Of a stretch of 64,000 bases of DNA, positions 52,833-64,000 are shown in pieces (the first letter of the stretch is position 1; each line of letters starts with the position of its first letter). The stretch comes from Takakia lepidozioides (Eukaryota > Plantae > Bryophyta), in the NCBI GenBank assembly GCA_030704615.1, contig CM060731.1, positions 59,520,001 to 59,584,000 on the forward strand. The letters run 5' to 3'. The translations under genes and the position numbers were made by a program. Under the pieces are notes generated by a model, which worked only from the letters and a program-made list of their open reading frames with translations, did no database searches and was not told where the DNA came from.

Positions 52833-55250
52833 ATGAATCCAAGGGTACTAGACTTCAAGCATAAGGGTACCAAAGAGGCACTGTGGATTGATAATTACAA
52901 GAAACGTGCATGGGTAGATGGTCAATGCGAAGCGGAAGGAGCACAGTTGTTTGAATCAAGCACCTCCAGTGCGACCACATCTTTTGAAAGAAGGCCAAAT
53001 GAGAGTGTCTCCAAGAACTCTTTTGGCTCCTGTTGGGATGTGAGGAAAGTATATAAGCAAGGACAAGTGAAAGAAGTGCTGCACGTTTTGAACCAAGGAG
53101 ATATTTCAGTTGACTCCAACACATATGTCTGGCTCTTACAGGAGTGCATCAAGATGAAAGGCCTAGTAGAGGGAAAGCAGGTGCATGCCCACATTCTTCA
53201 AAGTGGATTCAAGTCGAATATTTTCTTAGACAACACCCTCGTCAACATGTATGCCAAGTGCGGGAGTATGGTGGATGCACGCCTAGTGTTTGACAAAATG
53301 CCTGAAAGAAATGTGTTTGTGTGCACCATAATGATTGCAGGATACGCCAAGCATGGGTGTGTTGGGGATGCATTCAAGATCTTTGAGCAAATGATATGGA
53401 AAGGCCTGATGCCTGACAACATCACGTTCACTTGCATTCTCAAGGCGTGTGCCAGCCAAGGAGCTCTGGAAAAGGGCCAAGAGGTACACACTGAGATCAT
53501 CAAATGTGGGATTGTTCCAGATCTCATTCTGGAGAACAGTCTTGTTGACATGTATGCCAAGTGTGGGAGTATAAAGAATGCACGTCAGATTTTTGACAGT
53601 ATGGCTAGGCGAGATGTGGTGACATGGAATGCGATGATTGCAGGATATACCAAGCATGGTTGTGGTAGGGAGGCCCTGCAGTTATTTGAACAAATGCAAC
53701 TTGAAGGCTTGGATCCAGATGTGGTGTCATGGAACGCTCTGATTGCAGGATATGCTCAGCACGGTTGTGGTAGGGAGGCTTTGGAAATGTATGAACAAAT
53801 GATGCAGAAAGGGGTGATGCCTGACAAGGTCACGTTCATTTCGGTTCTCAGCGCATGTGCCTGCCTGGCAGCCCTGGAAAAGGGCAAAGAGATCCATGCT
53901 GATGTCATTAGAGCTGGGATTCCATCATATGTAAATCTGGAGAATAGTCTTATCGACATGTATGCCAAATGCGGGAACATGAAGGATGCCCGTAAAGTGT
54001 TTGGTAATATGGTGGAGCGGAATGTGATCTCATGGAGTGCAATGATTGCAGGATACGCTCAGCATCATTTTGGCAGAGAGGCTTTAGAAACCTATGAGCA
54101 AATGATACTGGAAGGGGTGATGCCCAATCAGGTCACATTTGTTTCAGTTCTCAATGCGTGTGCCAGCCTGGCCGCTCTGGAAAAGGGTGAAGAGATCCTT
54201 GCTGACATAATCAAAGCTGGAATTGAGCGAAATATCATTCTGGAGAGTACCGTAGTTGACATGTATGCCAAATGTGGGAGCATAGATGATGCACGTCAAG
54301 TGTTTGATACCATGGTTGAACGAAATGTGGTCTCGTGGAACACAATTATAGCAGCATATGCTCAGCATGGGTGTGCTAGGGATGCCCTGCAACTATTTGA
54401 GCAAATGCAACAGGAAGGCTTGAAGCCAGATAGTATTGCCTTTATATGTGTGCTTTCTGCATGCAGCCATGTGGGCCTAGTGCATGAAGCCAGTTACTAC
54501 TTTGATTCCATGATGCAAGATCATGGCCTCATTCCTAGAGTAGAGCATTTTGGCTGCATGGTGGACCTTCTTGGCCGTGCAGGGCAATTGGATGAGGCGG
54601 AGGACTTCATCAACAAAATGCCAATCAAACCAGCTGTTGTGGTGTGGGGGGCCTTGCTTGGCGCCTGCAGAATTCATGGGAATGTGGAGGTGGCAGAACG
54701 TGCTGCAAAATGCCTTCTACAGTGGGATCCACAGTATGCTGCCACTTATGTGCTGCTATCAAACATCTATGCTGCGGCTGGCAGGTGGGAGGATGCTGTA
54801 AAGGTGAGAAAAATGATGAAGGGCAGAGGGGTCAGAAAGGAGCCAGGTCGCTGCTGGATTGAGGTGGACAATCAGGTGCATGCATTCGTAGTGGAAGATA
54901 CATTACATCCACAAATTGATGAAATCCATGCTAAGCTGAAGACTTTGTCTCGGCAGATGGAGACTGCTGGTTATGTGCCTGACACACGCTTTGTGTTGCA
55001 TGATATGGAGGAGGAGCTAAAGGAATTTTCTCTTTGCCACCACAGTGAGAAGCTAGCCATTGGTTTTGGGCTCATCAGCACACCCCATGGGACACCTCTT
55101 CGTATCATCAAGAACCTTCGGGTGTGTGGTGACTGCCACACAGCCACCAAGTTTATATCAAAGATTGTTGGGCGAGCAATTGTTGTACGGGATGGCAACC
55201 GCTTTCACCACTTCGAAGATGGGATTTGTTCGTGTGGGGATTACTGGTGA
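52833..55250 (+). CDS. PLS-E1-E2-DYW (PG-type) PPR editing factor, main exon starting with a PDF half-motif
   Basis: ttgcag|MNPRVLDFKHKGTKEALWIDNY, 15 PPR motifs, KEPGRCWIEV, HSEKLA, CGDCH and DYW. A probable upstream exon ends ...EEKLWQ|gt near 52652. Confidence 0.95.
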   Translation: MNPRVLDFKHKGTKEALWIDNYKKRAWVDGQCEAEGAQLFESSTSSATTSFERRPNESVSKNSFGSCWDVRKVYKQGQVKEVLHVLNQGDISVDSNTYVWLLQECIKMKGLVEGKQVHAHILQSGFKSNIFLDNTLVNMYAKCGSMVDARLVFDKMPERNVFVCTIMIAGYAKHGCVGDAFKIFEQMIWKGLMPDNITFTCILKACASQGALEKGQEVHTEIIKCGIVPDLILENSLVDMYAKCGSIKNARQIFDSMARRDVVTWNAMIAGYTKHGCGREALQLFEQMQLEGLDPDVVSWNALIAGYAQHGCGREALEMYEQMMQKGVMPDKVTFISVLSACACLAALEKGKEIHADVIRAGIPSYVNLENSLIDMYAKCGNMKDARKVFGNMVERNVISWSAMIAGYAQHHFGREALETYEQMILEGVMPNQVTFVSVLNACASLAALEKGEEILADIIKAGIERNIILESTVVDMYAKCGSIDDARQVFDTMVERNVVSWNTIIAAYAQHGCARDALQLFEQMQQEGLKPDSIAFICVLSACSHVGLVHEASYYFDSMMQDHGLIPRVEHFGCMVDLLGRAGQLDEAEDFINKMPIKPAVVVWGALLGACRIHGNVEVAERAAKCLLQWDPQYAATYVLLSNIYAAAGRWEDAVKVRKMMKGRGVRKEPGRCWIEVDNQVHAFVVEDTLHPQIDEIHAKLKTLSRQMETAGYVPDTRFVLHDMEEELKEFSLCHHSEKLAIGFGLISTPHGTPLRIIKNLRVCGDCHTATKFISKIVGRAIVVRDGNRFHHFEDGICSCGDYW

Positions 55251-55389
55251 AATGAGCAAAATGCAAGAAACTGAGTCACTTGAAACACGTCGGGGGAAAG
55301 GTGATGCTCTCAACATGGCCGAGGACAGAGATGAGGCCACACACAACTTATCAGCTTCAATGCATATGGTGGTCGCTCTTCTTCCCTGA

Positions 55390-55920
55390 GATGACAAAGT
55401 TTGTGATGGACAGTGGCCCTGCGTGGGAGAAGGAGCTTGCTGAGGAGGTCATGTCCGCAGTGAAGGGGAATGGAGGGCTCACCATGAAAGCTCTTGAGAG
55501 CATGCCATTGGTGAAGTCAGTGTATATGAAACTATGCAGGTGAGCTCGCCTGCACCCTACCAATAGGCAAGGCCAAAACTGATTTAATACTCCAGTCACA
55601 TGATGCATCTTTCCAAGTGAAGAAAGGAGAATTGTTGGGGGTTTACCAGCCGTTTGTCACTAGAGATCCCCAGGTTTTCGATGATGGCAGCAAGTCTGTG
55701 CCAAGTGCTTTCTTGGAGCAGGGGTGTGAAATTGCTCAAGAATGTCTTCTGGTCCGATGGTAGGCACACGGATGAACCCACCCATGCCAACACGCAATGT
55801 GCAGGGAGAGACCTTGGAGTCACCATTTCGAATCTCTTTGTGGCACAGATGTTTTTCCAACACGATGAGTTTGCTGTCACAACATCCGAATCAGGTATTG
55901 CTGCTAAGGTGACATGCTGA
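55390..55920 (+). pseudogene. CYP74 (AOS/HPL family) cytochrome P450 C-terminal fragment
   Basis: LTMKALESMPLVKSV, SHDASFQVKKGELL, LLKNVFWSDGRHTDEPTHANTQCAGRD; frameshifted. Confidence 0.85.
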
Positions 55921-57589
55921 TCTTTGAAGGAAGCCACATCACAACAAGAAGCAGCATCAGCAGGCTATATATGAGCTGCTAGTTGCCTACGACCATTTTG
56001 AACTCACAGGTAAGATAGTTTCCTTCTAAAGCTCAAATGTGTTCACTATGACCTCTCTCCGATGTTCCGATGTTGGCACATGTTGAGCAAGCGAATGGAT
56101 AAAGATCAGGGAAGGGGGTATCTGCATCTGGATTATCCTTGCATGCCAGTACTTAATAGTGTCTGCAGATCATTGGATATTTGGTATATTTCCTTGTTGT
56201 TGCTGTGGACTTCAGTTACAGATGATGATGAACTTCAGCACCTCCAGTTGGGATGAAGCTGGTTGGTAATAGCTGGCTATTTGAGTTGAACTCTGAATTT
56301 GCTCCTGCGCTTCGTTGTTGTGAGATCACATGGGAACTAGCTATCTTCTCATGCTCAAGCCCATGTGTGCATATTGCGGCCCTGCTGGCAGTTGACCAGG
56401 ACCCAGATTAATAGAGGAGTTTGTCTGGTATTAATTTCCAGAGGTATAGAAGCAACAGTGGTTTGCTTACTTTTTTGCGAAGTCAACAACAACTAGGATG
56501 AGGAGGGCACCTGCAATCCTTATTATAAGGTAGAATTGGTGCAATCACAGTGCCGAACCCCAGAATGAAGACCCAAGATCACAACAACCGAGTAAATGTC
56601 ATGCAGCAACTGAAGTGTGAAACTTCCCACACTACTACCAAAGTTAAGGGAGAGTCAAAAGGTTGACTCTCCCTCTCACATGTACATCTGCCTCCAACAG
56701 TGTGAATGATGTACAATCACAACCACCCAGGCACTACAAATGGCTCCCCTGCTGTGAGCTTGGGAAATATGATGTGTACTTGTTTTTCTCTCCTTCCTTA
56801 ATCAGTTAGCCATCCCCCTTGAAGCCTGCTGTCATGGACAGTGTAGCTTCAAAGCTTTGTGAAAGAGTTAAAGTGAGCTAAAGACCGATGTAATGGATGA
56901 AGGCCTTAACAAAGCCTGTACTGTATGATGAAGCTCGTTCCTTCCCCTGCAGGTAAAATAGATCTATGTAGGATCTCCTGCATTGTATGCTTAATCAAGC
57001 AGACTTGTACTTCTACCAAATCATCTTAAGTCATTAATCTGAAGTTGCTGTAGTTCATCCTACTGCACTGTTGCTCATGGTTAGCTGCCTTTATTAGTAA
57101 AGAGAGAAGACCGGCGCGAAATGCCTCAAGTGCAATGTGATTGCGAGCTTGGGCATCAAGTCATGGCTACAATATGCGTAGTGAACGACCCCAGGTGCTC
57201 TCTTGGAACAAATGTGGTTGTCTTCTGGAGACAAATCCGTCTACTATCCAGTGCTTGGTGACCAGGTGAGTGTAGGAAGTTTATCAGTTCCCATAAACAA
57301 GCGTTTAGCTTTACCCAAGAGCCTTTCAATGCAGAACTTCCATCAACCATGCTCATGTCTCAACTTGACTCCTGAAGATAAAGTTTCGTACACACAATCA
57401 TGGCCATATCACCAGTGATCTATGACCTCTCTGTGTATGACCTTTTATCTCTCTCAATAGTGTGATTGGCAGCACTGTAAAACTTGGTTACAGGAGAGAG
57501 GACTGTTGCCTTTCTGCGGAGATAAGATTTATTTAGTGACCTGGTAAGACTACCAAAGGATATGTTATGTTCAATTGTACCAATTTCGT

Positions 57590-60480
57590 TCAGCCAAGCC
57601 GTTCTTTTGCATTCCTTCAAATAGTTGCAGGACCTCCCTATGACAACCATGCTGGGCATATCCTGTGATCATCGCATTCCACGACACCACATTTTGTTCA
57701 GCCACATTGTCAAATACTCCCTTTGCATCCTCCATGCACCCACATTTGGCATACATGTCCACTTGGGCAGTGTCCAAAATGACATTTGGTACAATTCCAG
57801 CTTTGATGATGTCACCATGCACCTCTTTGCCCTTTTCCAAGGCTGCCAGGCTTGCACAAGCATTGCCAACGCACACAAACATGATGTGGTCGGGCTTCAC
57901 CCCTTCCCCCATCATTTGCTCATAGGTCTCCAAGGCCTGCAAGCATGGTGTTCCATGACACCAAATCTCGTTCAGCCATATTGTTGAACATATACTCTAC
58001 ATCCTCAGTGCTCCCACATTTGGCATACATGTTCACGAGGGTATTGATCAGAATCACATCTGGTACAATTCCAGCTTCAGCGATGCAACCATGCACCTCT
58101 CCAGGGCTGCTAGGCTTGCACATGCACTGCAAACGCATACAAATGTGATGTGGTCGGGTTTCACCCCTTCCCCCATCATTTGCTCATAGGTCTCCAATGC
58201 CTCCATCCTGCACCCCTACTGTGCATACCCTGCGAGCATCGCGTTCCACGACACCACATCTCGTTCAGCCATAGTGTTGAAAACTCCCTTCACATCCTTA
58301 ATGCACCCACACTTTGCATACATGTCCACCAGGGCAGAGTTCAAGATGACATCTGGTACAATTCCAGCTTTGACGATGTCACCATGGACCTCTTTCCCTG
58401 TTTCTAGAGCTCCCAGGCTTGCACACGCATTGCAAACAAAAACAAATGTGATGTGGTTGGGCTTCACCCCTTCGCACATCATTTGCTCATAGGTCTCCAA
58501 AGCCTCCATCCAGCATACTTGCTGTGCATATCCTGCAATCATCGCACTCCACTTCACCACATCTCGTTCAGCCATACTATCGAACACTCCCTCCATACAG
58601 GTCCACGAGGGTATTGTTCAGAATGACATTTGGTACAATTGCAACTCTGACAATGTCGCCATGCACCTCTTCACCCTTTTCCAGAGCTGCAAGGCTTGCA
58701 CACGCATTGCAAATGCACAGAAACGTGATGTGGTCGGGCTTCACCCCTTCCCCCATCATTTGATCATAGGTCTCCAAGGCCTTCATACCACGCCCCTGCT
58801 GTGCATACCCTGCAAGCATCGTGTTCCATGTGATCAAAGATCGTTGAGGCATTCTGTTGAACACTTGGTGAGCATCCATGATGCTCCCGCACTTAACGTA
58901 CATGTTGACAAGGGTGTTGAGGAGAAAAACATTTGGCATGAATCCACTTTGGATAATGTGAGTGTGCACCTGCTTTCCAGCTTCAAGGCCTTTCACCTTG
59001 ATGCACTTATGCAAGAGACAGACATATGTTTCTGAATCTGCTGACATGCCTCCTTGGTTTAAAGTCTGTAGAGCCTCTTTCAGTCTGCCTGCCTCACAAA
59101 GCATCTTCACATGCCCAGAAGTGCCAGAAGAGGCATTGTGGACTCCCTCTCTTGATCCTCTTTCAGAAGCTGTGGTCATGGTTGAGGTGTCTGATTTTAG
59201 CAAAGGTGCCGCTGCAGCTGCTGCCTTTAGGTGACCATCTACCCATGCAGGTTTCTTGTAGCTATTGATCCACAGGGAATCATAGGTAATCTCGAGCTTG
59301 AAGTTTTAGGAAACACCCAGCTCAACTTATCACAATAGTTCCTATGCTCAATTGCATCTGCTACTCTCTATAATCCAACAGGCATTCACCTTTTTGCCTC
59401 GATTGTCCCACCATTAACTGGGTCAGAAAAGTATTCATTCCACAGCTTTTGCCTCATATTTGTTACCTGTTTCTGGATACCTGTTGTCACATTGGCAGTA
59501 TCATGTCAGTCACCCCCAAACTATCAAAGGTTCACTCAACCAGCTAACTTGCAGAATTCAACACAAAAATTTAGGGCCAATTGTGATAAGAGGAAAAACA
59601 GGGTGAAATGTGTTGAAGAAGGTGCCTTCATTAGTAGTGTCTGACTTTATCAATTGTGCAGCTGCCGCTGCGGGTTCCAGTTGACCATCTGTTTCTTGTA
59701 CATGTCCTTCCATAGGGAATCATAGGTAATCTGGAGCTTGAAATCCGGCCCTCTTGGATGAATCTGGACCCACCCTCTATCCCTGCTCCATCAACTATCC
59801 ATGCCTCTGCACAAATCATGCATACATCTTTGCCTTGCTGCTAGCAGCTGACAATGACAGCCTAGAATTGTTCCAGCAAGCACCCCAACCCTACTTATCA
59901 CACTAGTGCCTATGCTGACTTGCGTCTGCTTCCAACAAGCACTCACCTTTTTGCCTGGATTGTTCCACCATTGACTGGGATCAGAAACGTATTCATTCCA
60001 GAGCTTCTCCTCATCTCTGTTGTCTGATTTTCGATACTATCCTGTTGCCACATTGCAGTAACATGTCAAAATGACTCCAAAACCACCATAGATCCACCAA
60101 CGAGCTAATTTGCAGAATTCAACATGAAAATTCAGGGACGACTCTATAACAGGGAAAAACAGGTTGAAATGTGTTGAAAAAGGTGCCTTCATTAGCAGTG
60201 CCTTGTTCTAAGATTTGTGCTGCTGCCGCTCAGGGCCGAGTCTGATTAAAGGGCAAAACAGGCTGAAATAGGTCGAAGAAGAAGGTGCCCTCACCACATT
60301 GTCCTTGACCTTGTGTCATGACTCATGGAGGACTTGGCCGACCATTTGTGTGTGCTGCTTGTGTCTGTAGTCAGGTAATGTCGGATTGGTTTGTGAGTTC
60401 CACCACGGTGCAGCTGAGCAGGCAGAGATTGACACACGCCCTGCTAAGACCAAGCTGACTCTCCCAAGAACCTTGTAAAC
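57590..60480 (-). pseudogene. Truncated PDF-PPR paralog (no DYW), with duplicated PDF exon modules
   Basis: High similarity to 41500-44600; frameshifted PLS repeats stop in P2. Upstream pieces read WWDNRGKK, IHPRGPDFK, WWNNPGKK and NPTLPDYRHK. Confidence 0.9.
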
Positions 60481-63110
60481 ATCAGGAAGAATACCAAATC
60501 ATGGTACTAAGAGGAACCAAGAGCCCACATTTGCATCTGCGATCGTTGTGTGAAACAAATCCCTCCGCGCTCAAGCACGCGCGGGGACATCGTCATCCCT
60601 TCCCCACGTTGCAAGCAGGTTATTTTCGGGCATTTCAGGCAGGTTACAAAAAATATGACGACGATGATGTGGCGAAGATGACATGGTGACGATGACGTGG
60701 CAAAAATGACATGGCGATGATGATTGTTTACGATGATGTGGCGAAGATGGCTTGCTCTACGCTAAACTAGCTTCCGACCTCGGTCGACGCTAGAACTACA
60801 ACTTGGTTGTCGGGTTGGAGTAATATGAATGAGCGAGTTGTAATTATGTGGTTAATAGACTATTGAGTGTGGGTAAGTTTGTTCACCGTTTTGGGGCTTT
60901 TGGTGTGGAGATCCTATGTGCCATTGTAGTTTCCACAGCAAAGGTAGGTAAAGTTATATGGTGGGTTTAAATTGGGATTGTTTCCAAAGCTAGGGTAGTA
61001 TGTTTCCAATGTGTAGTCCTAGTGGTCCATAGATATAAGCCATGTACGTAGTGTTTTGGCCTGACATATACAATGTGCCTTGTGATGTAACTTAGAGGTT
61101 GGAAACACACATGGGCTTTTGATTGATAGGTGCCTGAGGCTTGCTGGAAAATTATGTTGTTCATGGCACTTGGTGAGGTTGTACATTAACTTAGTTGATT
61201 CAACAGTAGCACAATTTTTGCTTAAAAAACATTTTAAAAGGGAAACACCTGGGAGCGACAGCTCACAAATCAGACCCCTGTTTATAGTGAGAGGAAAGAA
61301 ACAACTTTTTTTTTCTTACAACTTACATTGTTGTTATGGTATTTATTTCAACATTGTCTTAAAATACATCAACTACTGGATCAATAATGATTGATGTAGC
61401 CGTCATTGCTACGATGCATTTAAAATAGGCTGATTGATTTGGATCTAGAGTTTTTTAATTTTTTAATTTTCTTAAAAAACTTTTAGAGAAAAGGAGCTGG
61501 GTCCCATAATGTATTGCAAAAATAAAAAAATAAAAAAATAAACCCTAAATCTAGAGTTGATACCAACACATTGATTTCAAATGGATTAGTTTCAATGTGA
61601 TTTGTTAAAGCAACGGAGACAAGGCCAAGTAAAATTTAAATGATACTTGTCTAACTTTTGTGCGAATAACACGACGTGCGTTAGTATATGTTAAAAGGTG
61701 TTGTCGTACTGAAAAAATAATTCCTGACATTTCCTTAAAGACTGGCCGTCCTTGTTAGCGCAGTAGACCGAAAGTCTTTTGAGACAGTCTTTCATTTGTA
61801 AGTACTCGAAAGCGTTTCGACTGATTCAGGAATCCAGTGCCGCACAATGCAGTCTTTTCTTGGAAAATCTCTATTATGCATTGAACGACCTACCTGCTTA
61901 CATGTACATTGTCCCTACACTGTGTTGAAGCAACACTGGGATTGCTGGATCAGAGTTGAAACAACACATGTCTTTGATTACCTGGAAAAGCATTCTTGAC
62001 TACAGGTGACAGATGAAGGCCCAGTCTTGGTACAACTTTGCAGCAGATGGTGTTAGATAGGACATGGACGCAGACGATGCGATGCCAGTGAAAAACTTGC
62101 ATTACAGAGGAGCATGCCAGAAGTCGAAGAAGGATATCATGCGTTCTGTTGTCAATGTTGCTGTTGATCTACTAGTCGTTGAGCCTTTCAGTTGGTCGAC
62201 AAGCACATTATGCCAGCTGAAAGATTTTACGACTCAAAGTTTGCACTCTTGTAACTTGAGCTGAGATTGCTCTCATCCCAGACGATGCAAAGCAAACTTG
62301 GGCCTTGGCAATCGCATTTGGGCCTCTCTGCAGCAATAGTAGTAGATGTGTAATCCTCAGAAGTTGAAGTCAGAACTTATGCAACCCCAAAGTTTCACTG
62401 CGTGACCGAGGACCAGTGCTCGCCATATATTTTGAGAAAAAATTAGGCCAACTTACAAGTTTCCATTTATGGCAAATTACAGAGACACTATTGCAGCCCA
62501 TAAGCTGATTTATCCACTTCGGAATTCCAGGAAAATTTCTCAGAACTTAGACTAAGTATCGAGATCTAGTGAAAGAGACGGGATGGAGGCGAGGAGAGAT
62601 CAACTCAATTGAGCGACAAGGAACGTTAGTTTCTTGTTCATTTTAGGATCTCTAGTTGCAATCGAGACTCTCTCTTCTTCCAACTACCTGGCACAGTATA
62701 CAATAACCCTCACGCATGGGTGGAGTACTTACAATCTTGAAGTTAGCTTCCGAAGAGAGTTTCATGCTTAGCCACGCCATGAGCAGCTCACCGACAGCGG
62801 GCGGGCGTCATGTTACAATCTAGATAGTCCGAATGGGCTACAAATGCTTCTCTAAGTAAGTTTCCGATGACAGTTTTAATATGCTTTGCCAGACCAGAAG
62901 GGGGCGGGCAAGCATCATTCCTGCTACTAAATTAGTTGCTTGGGGAACTAGTTCTCTACCTAGATCGAAGCATTCCTGCTCAGATGTAGTAACTCTGTCG
63001 CATAATATGTTTCGCTAAATCCTACTCGCCGGCATATTTCTCAAGAACCTCTGGTTCGTCAAAATTGACGGCCGGTTCGCAGCCGTTGGGATTCTAGATA
63101 GGTGACACTT

Positions 63111-64000
63111 TCAGCTGAAAGGAACTGCATCGAGTCGCAGCTCAAGGGCAGCAATCTGATGGTTGTTTCCAGTCAAAAAAGCTGGCGACCATAGCCAGGC
63201 CATCTTCGCGAAGTCATAGATTAATGCCTGCGAGTATCGGTCTGCCACAAAACAGATGTGGTCTCCAAGCCCTGCACAATTGAACGCATCATAATGATGG
63301 AAATTCGTTGTTAATCTATTGAACAAATGGCCAGGCATCACCAGAACTTTTGTCCACGCTGTTCTTGATTGCTCGAGCCTCCAAATTGCGATGCCTTTCG
63401 TTGGAAAATCTTTTCCTATTCCCCCAACCATCAACAAATTCTCCCAGTGATTCAAAAGATAGCCGTAGAGAATATCCTGGGGCATGGCAGCTTGGACCTC
63501 GCTCCAAGAATCTTCCAGTATGGTGTATGCAAACACACTCAAGGATTCATATATTACGAGAATGTAAAATACACTGCCGCATACGACGCTGCTGTCTGAG
63601 AGAACATCGCCAGTGATTTCAATGCTGCTCTTGAGTTCCCATCGATCACATTTTGAGGAATAGACCTCTGTGATTGGAGCTGGAAGTTCATCTCTCCAAA
63701 CTATTATATTGTAGTCTTTCCCATTACCTTCCATCATCATGCCTGCCTCGAACGCAGATTTGATACTCAAAAGAGGAGGCAACTCCCTCCACAAATTCGT
63801 GATGGGGTTGCACACGGACAGCAGATTGGTCTCTCGATCTTTCAAACACACAAGCCCTTCGGAAGCTGCCACAATGTCATACTTCGCAGGGATTTTCAAC
63901 CCAGTGAATGGAATCCGGTACCACTTGTGGAAGATGAGATCAAAGACGAGGGCCAGCATGCCCAGACTGCGCTCCACAAGCATTAGGAAGTGGGGTCCAC
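63111..64000 (-). CDS. F-box/kelch-repeat-like protein, C-terminal part; frame open to the window edge
   Basis: VAASEGLVC, VCNPITNLWRELPP, TEVYSSKCDRW, LLMVGG and IWRL...W motifs. Confidence 0.8.
   Translation of the reverse strand, partial: GPHFLMLVERSLGMLALVFDLIFHKWYRIPFTGLKIPAKYDIVAASEGLVCLKDRETNLLSVCNPITNLWRELPPLLSIKSAFEAGMMMEGNGKDYNIIVWRDELPAPITEVYSSKCDRWELKSSIEITGDVLSDSSVVCGSVFYILVIYESLSVFAYTILEDSWSEVQAAMPQDILYGYLLNHWENLLMVGGIGKDFPTKGIAIWRLEQSRTAWTKVLVMPGHLFNRLTTNFHHYDAFNCAGLGDHICFVADRYSQALIYDFAKMAWLWSPAFLTGNNHQIAALELRLDAVPFS

Noticed and set aside
60650-61690. Helitron (GATGACGTGGC-like repeats, weak 3' hairpin)
   Set aside because: No clear 5' TC or 3' CTAG terminus.

Overview
Eukaryotic land-plant nuclear DNA; a non-seed lineage (bryophyte, lycophyte or fern) is inferred from the gene and TE types, and the species cannot be determined. 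About 1-38 kb is a nest of transposons: an internally deleted Athila/Tat-like Gypsy element with extra 3' ORFs, a Sola2-like DDD transposase, a full-length decayed chromovirus with GTAAA TSD, a CACTA MITE, a hAT transposase with palindromic subterminal arrays, a related non-autonomous element carrying a captured gag fragment, a Gypsy integrase ending in a PHD finger, a Copia fragment and a piggyBac-like TTAA element. About 38.7-64 kb is a gene island: two PLS-E-DYW RNA-editing PPR genes with intact main exons plus a pseudogene paralog, ROMO1/Mgr2, a broken GMC-oxidase/hydrolase gene, CYP74 and MAPKKK fragments, and an F-box/kelch-like gene. The best candidate for an undescribed system is that all three PPR paralogs in the island carry N-terminal OSB-type 'PDF' motifs (WWDNRxxK | xPRxPDFK...LW), known from organellar ssDNA-binding proteins, on intron-split modules in front of the PPR array. 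All family assignments come from motif recognition by eye; no database search was run.
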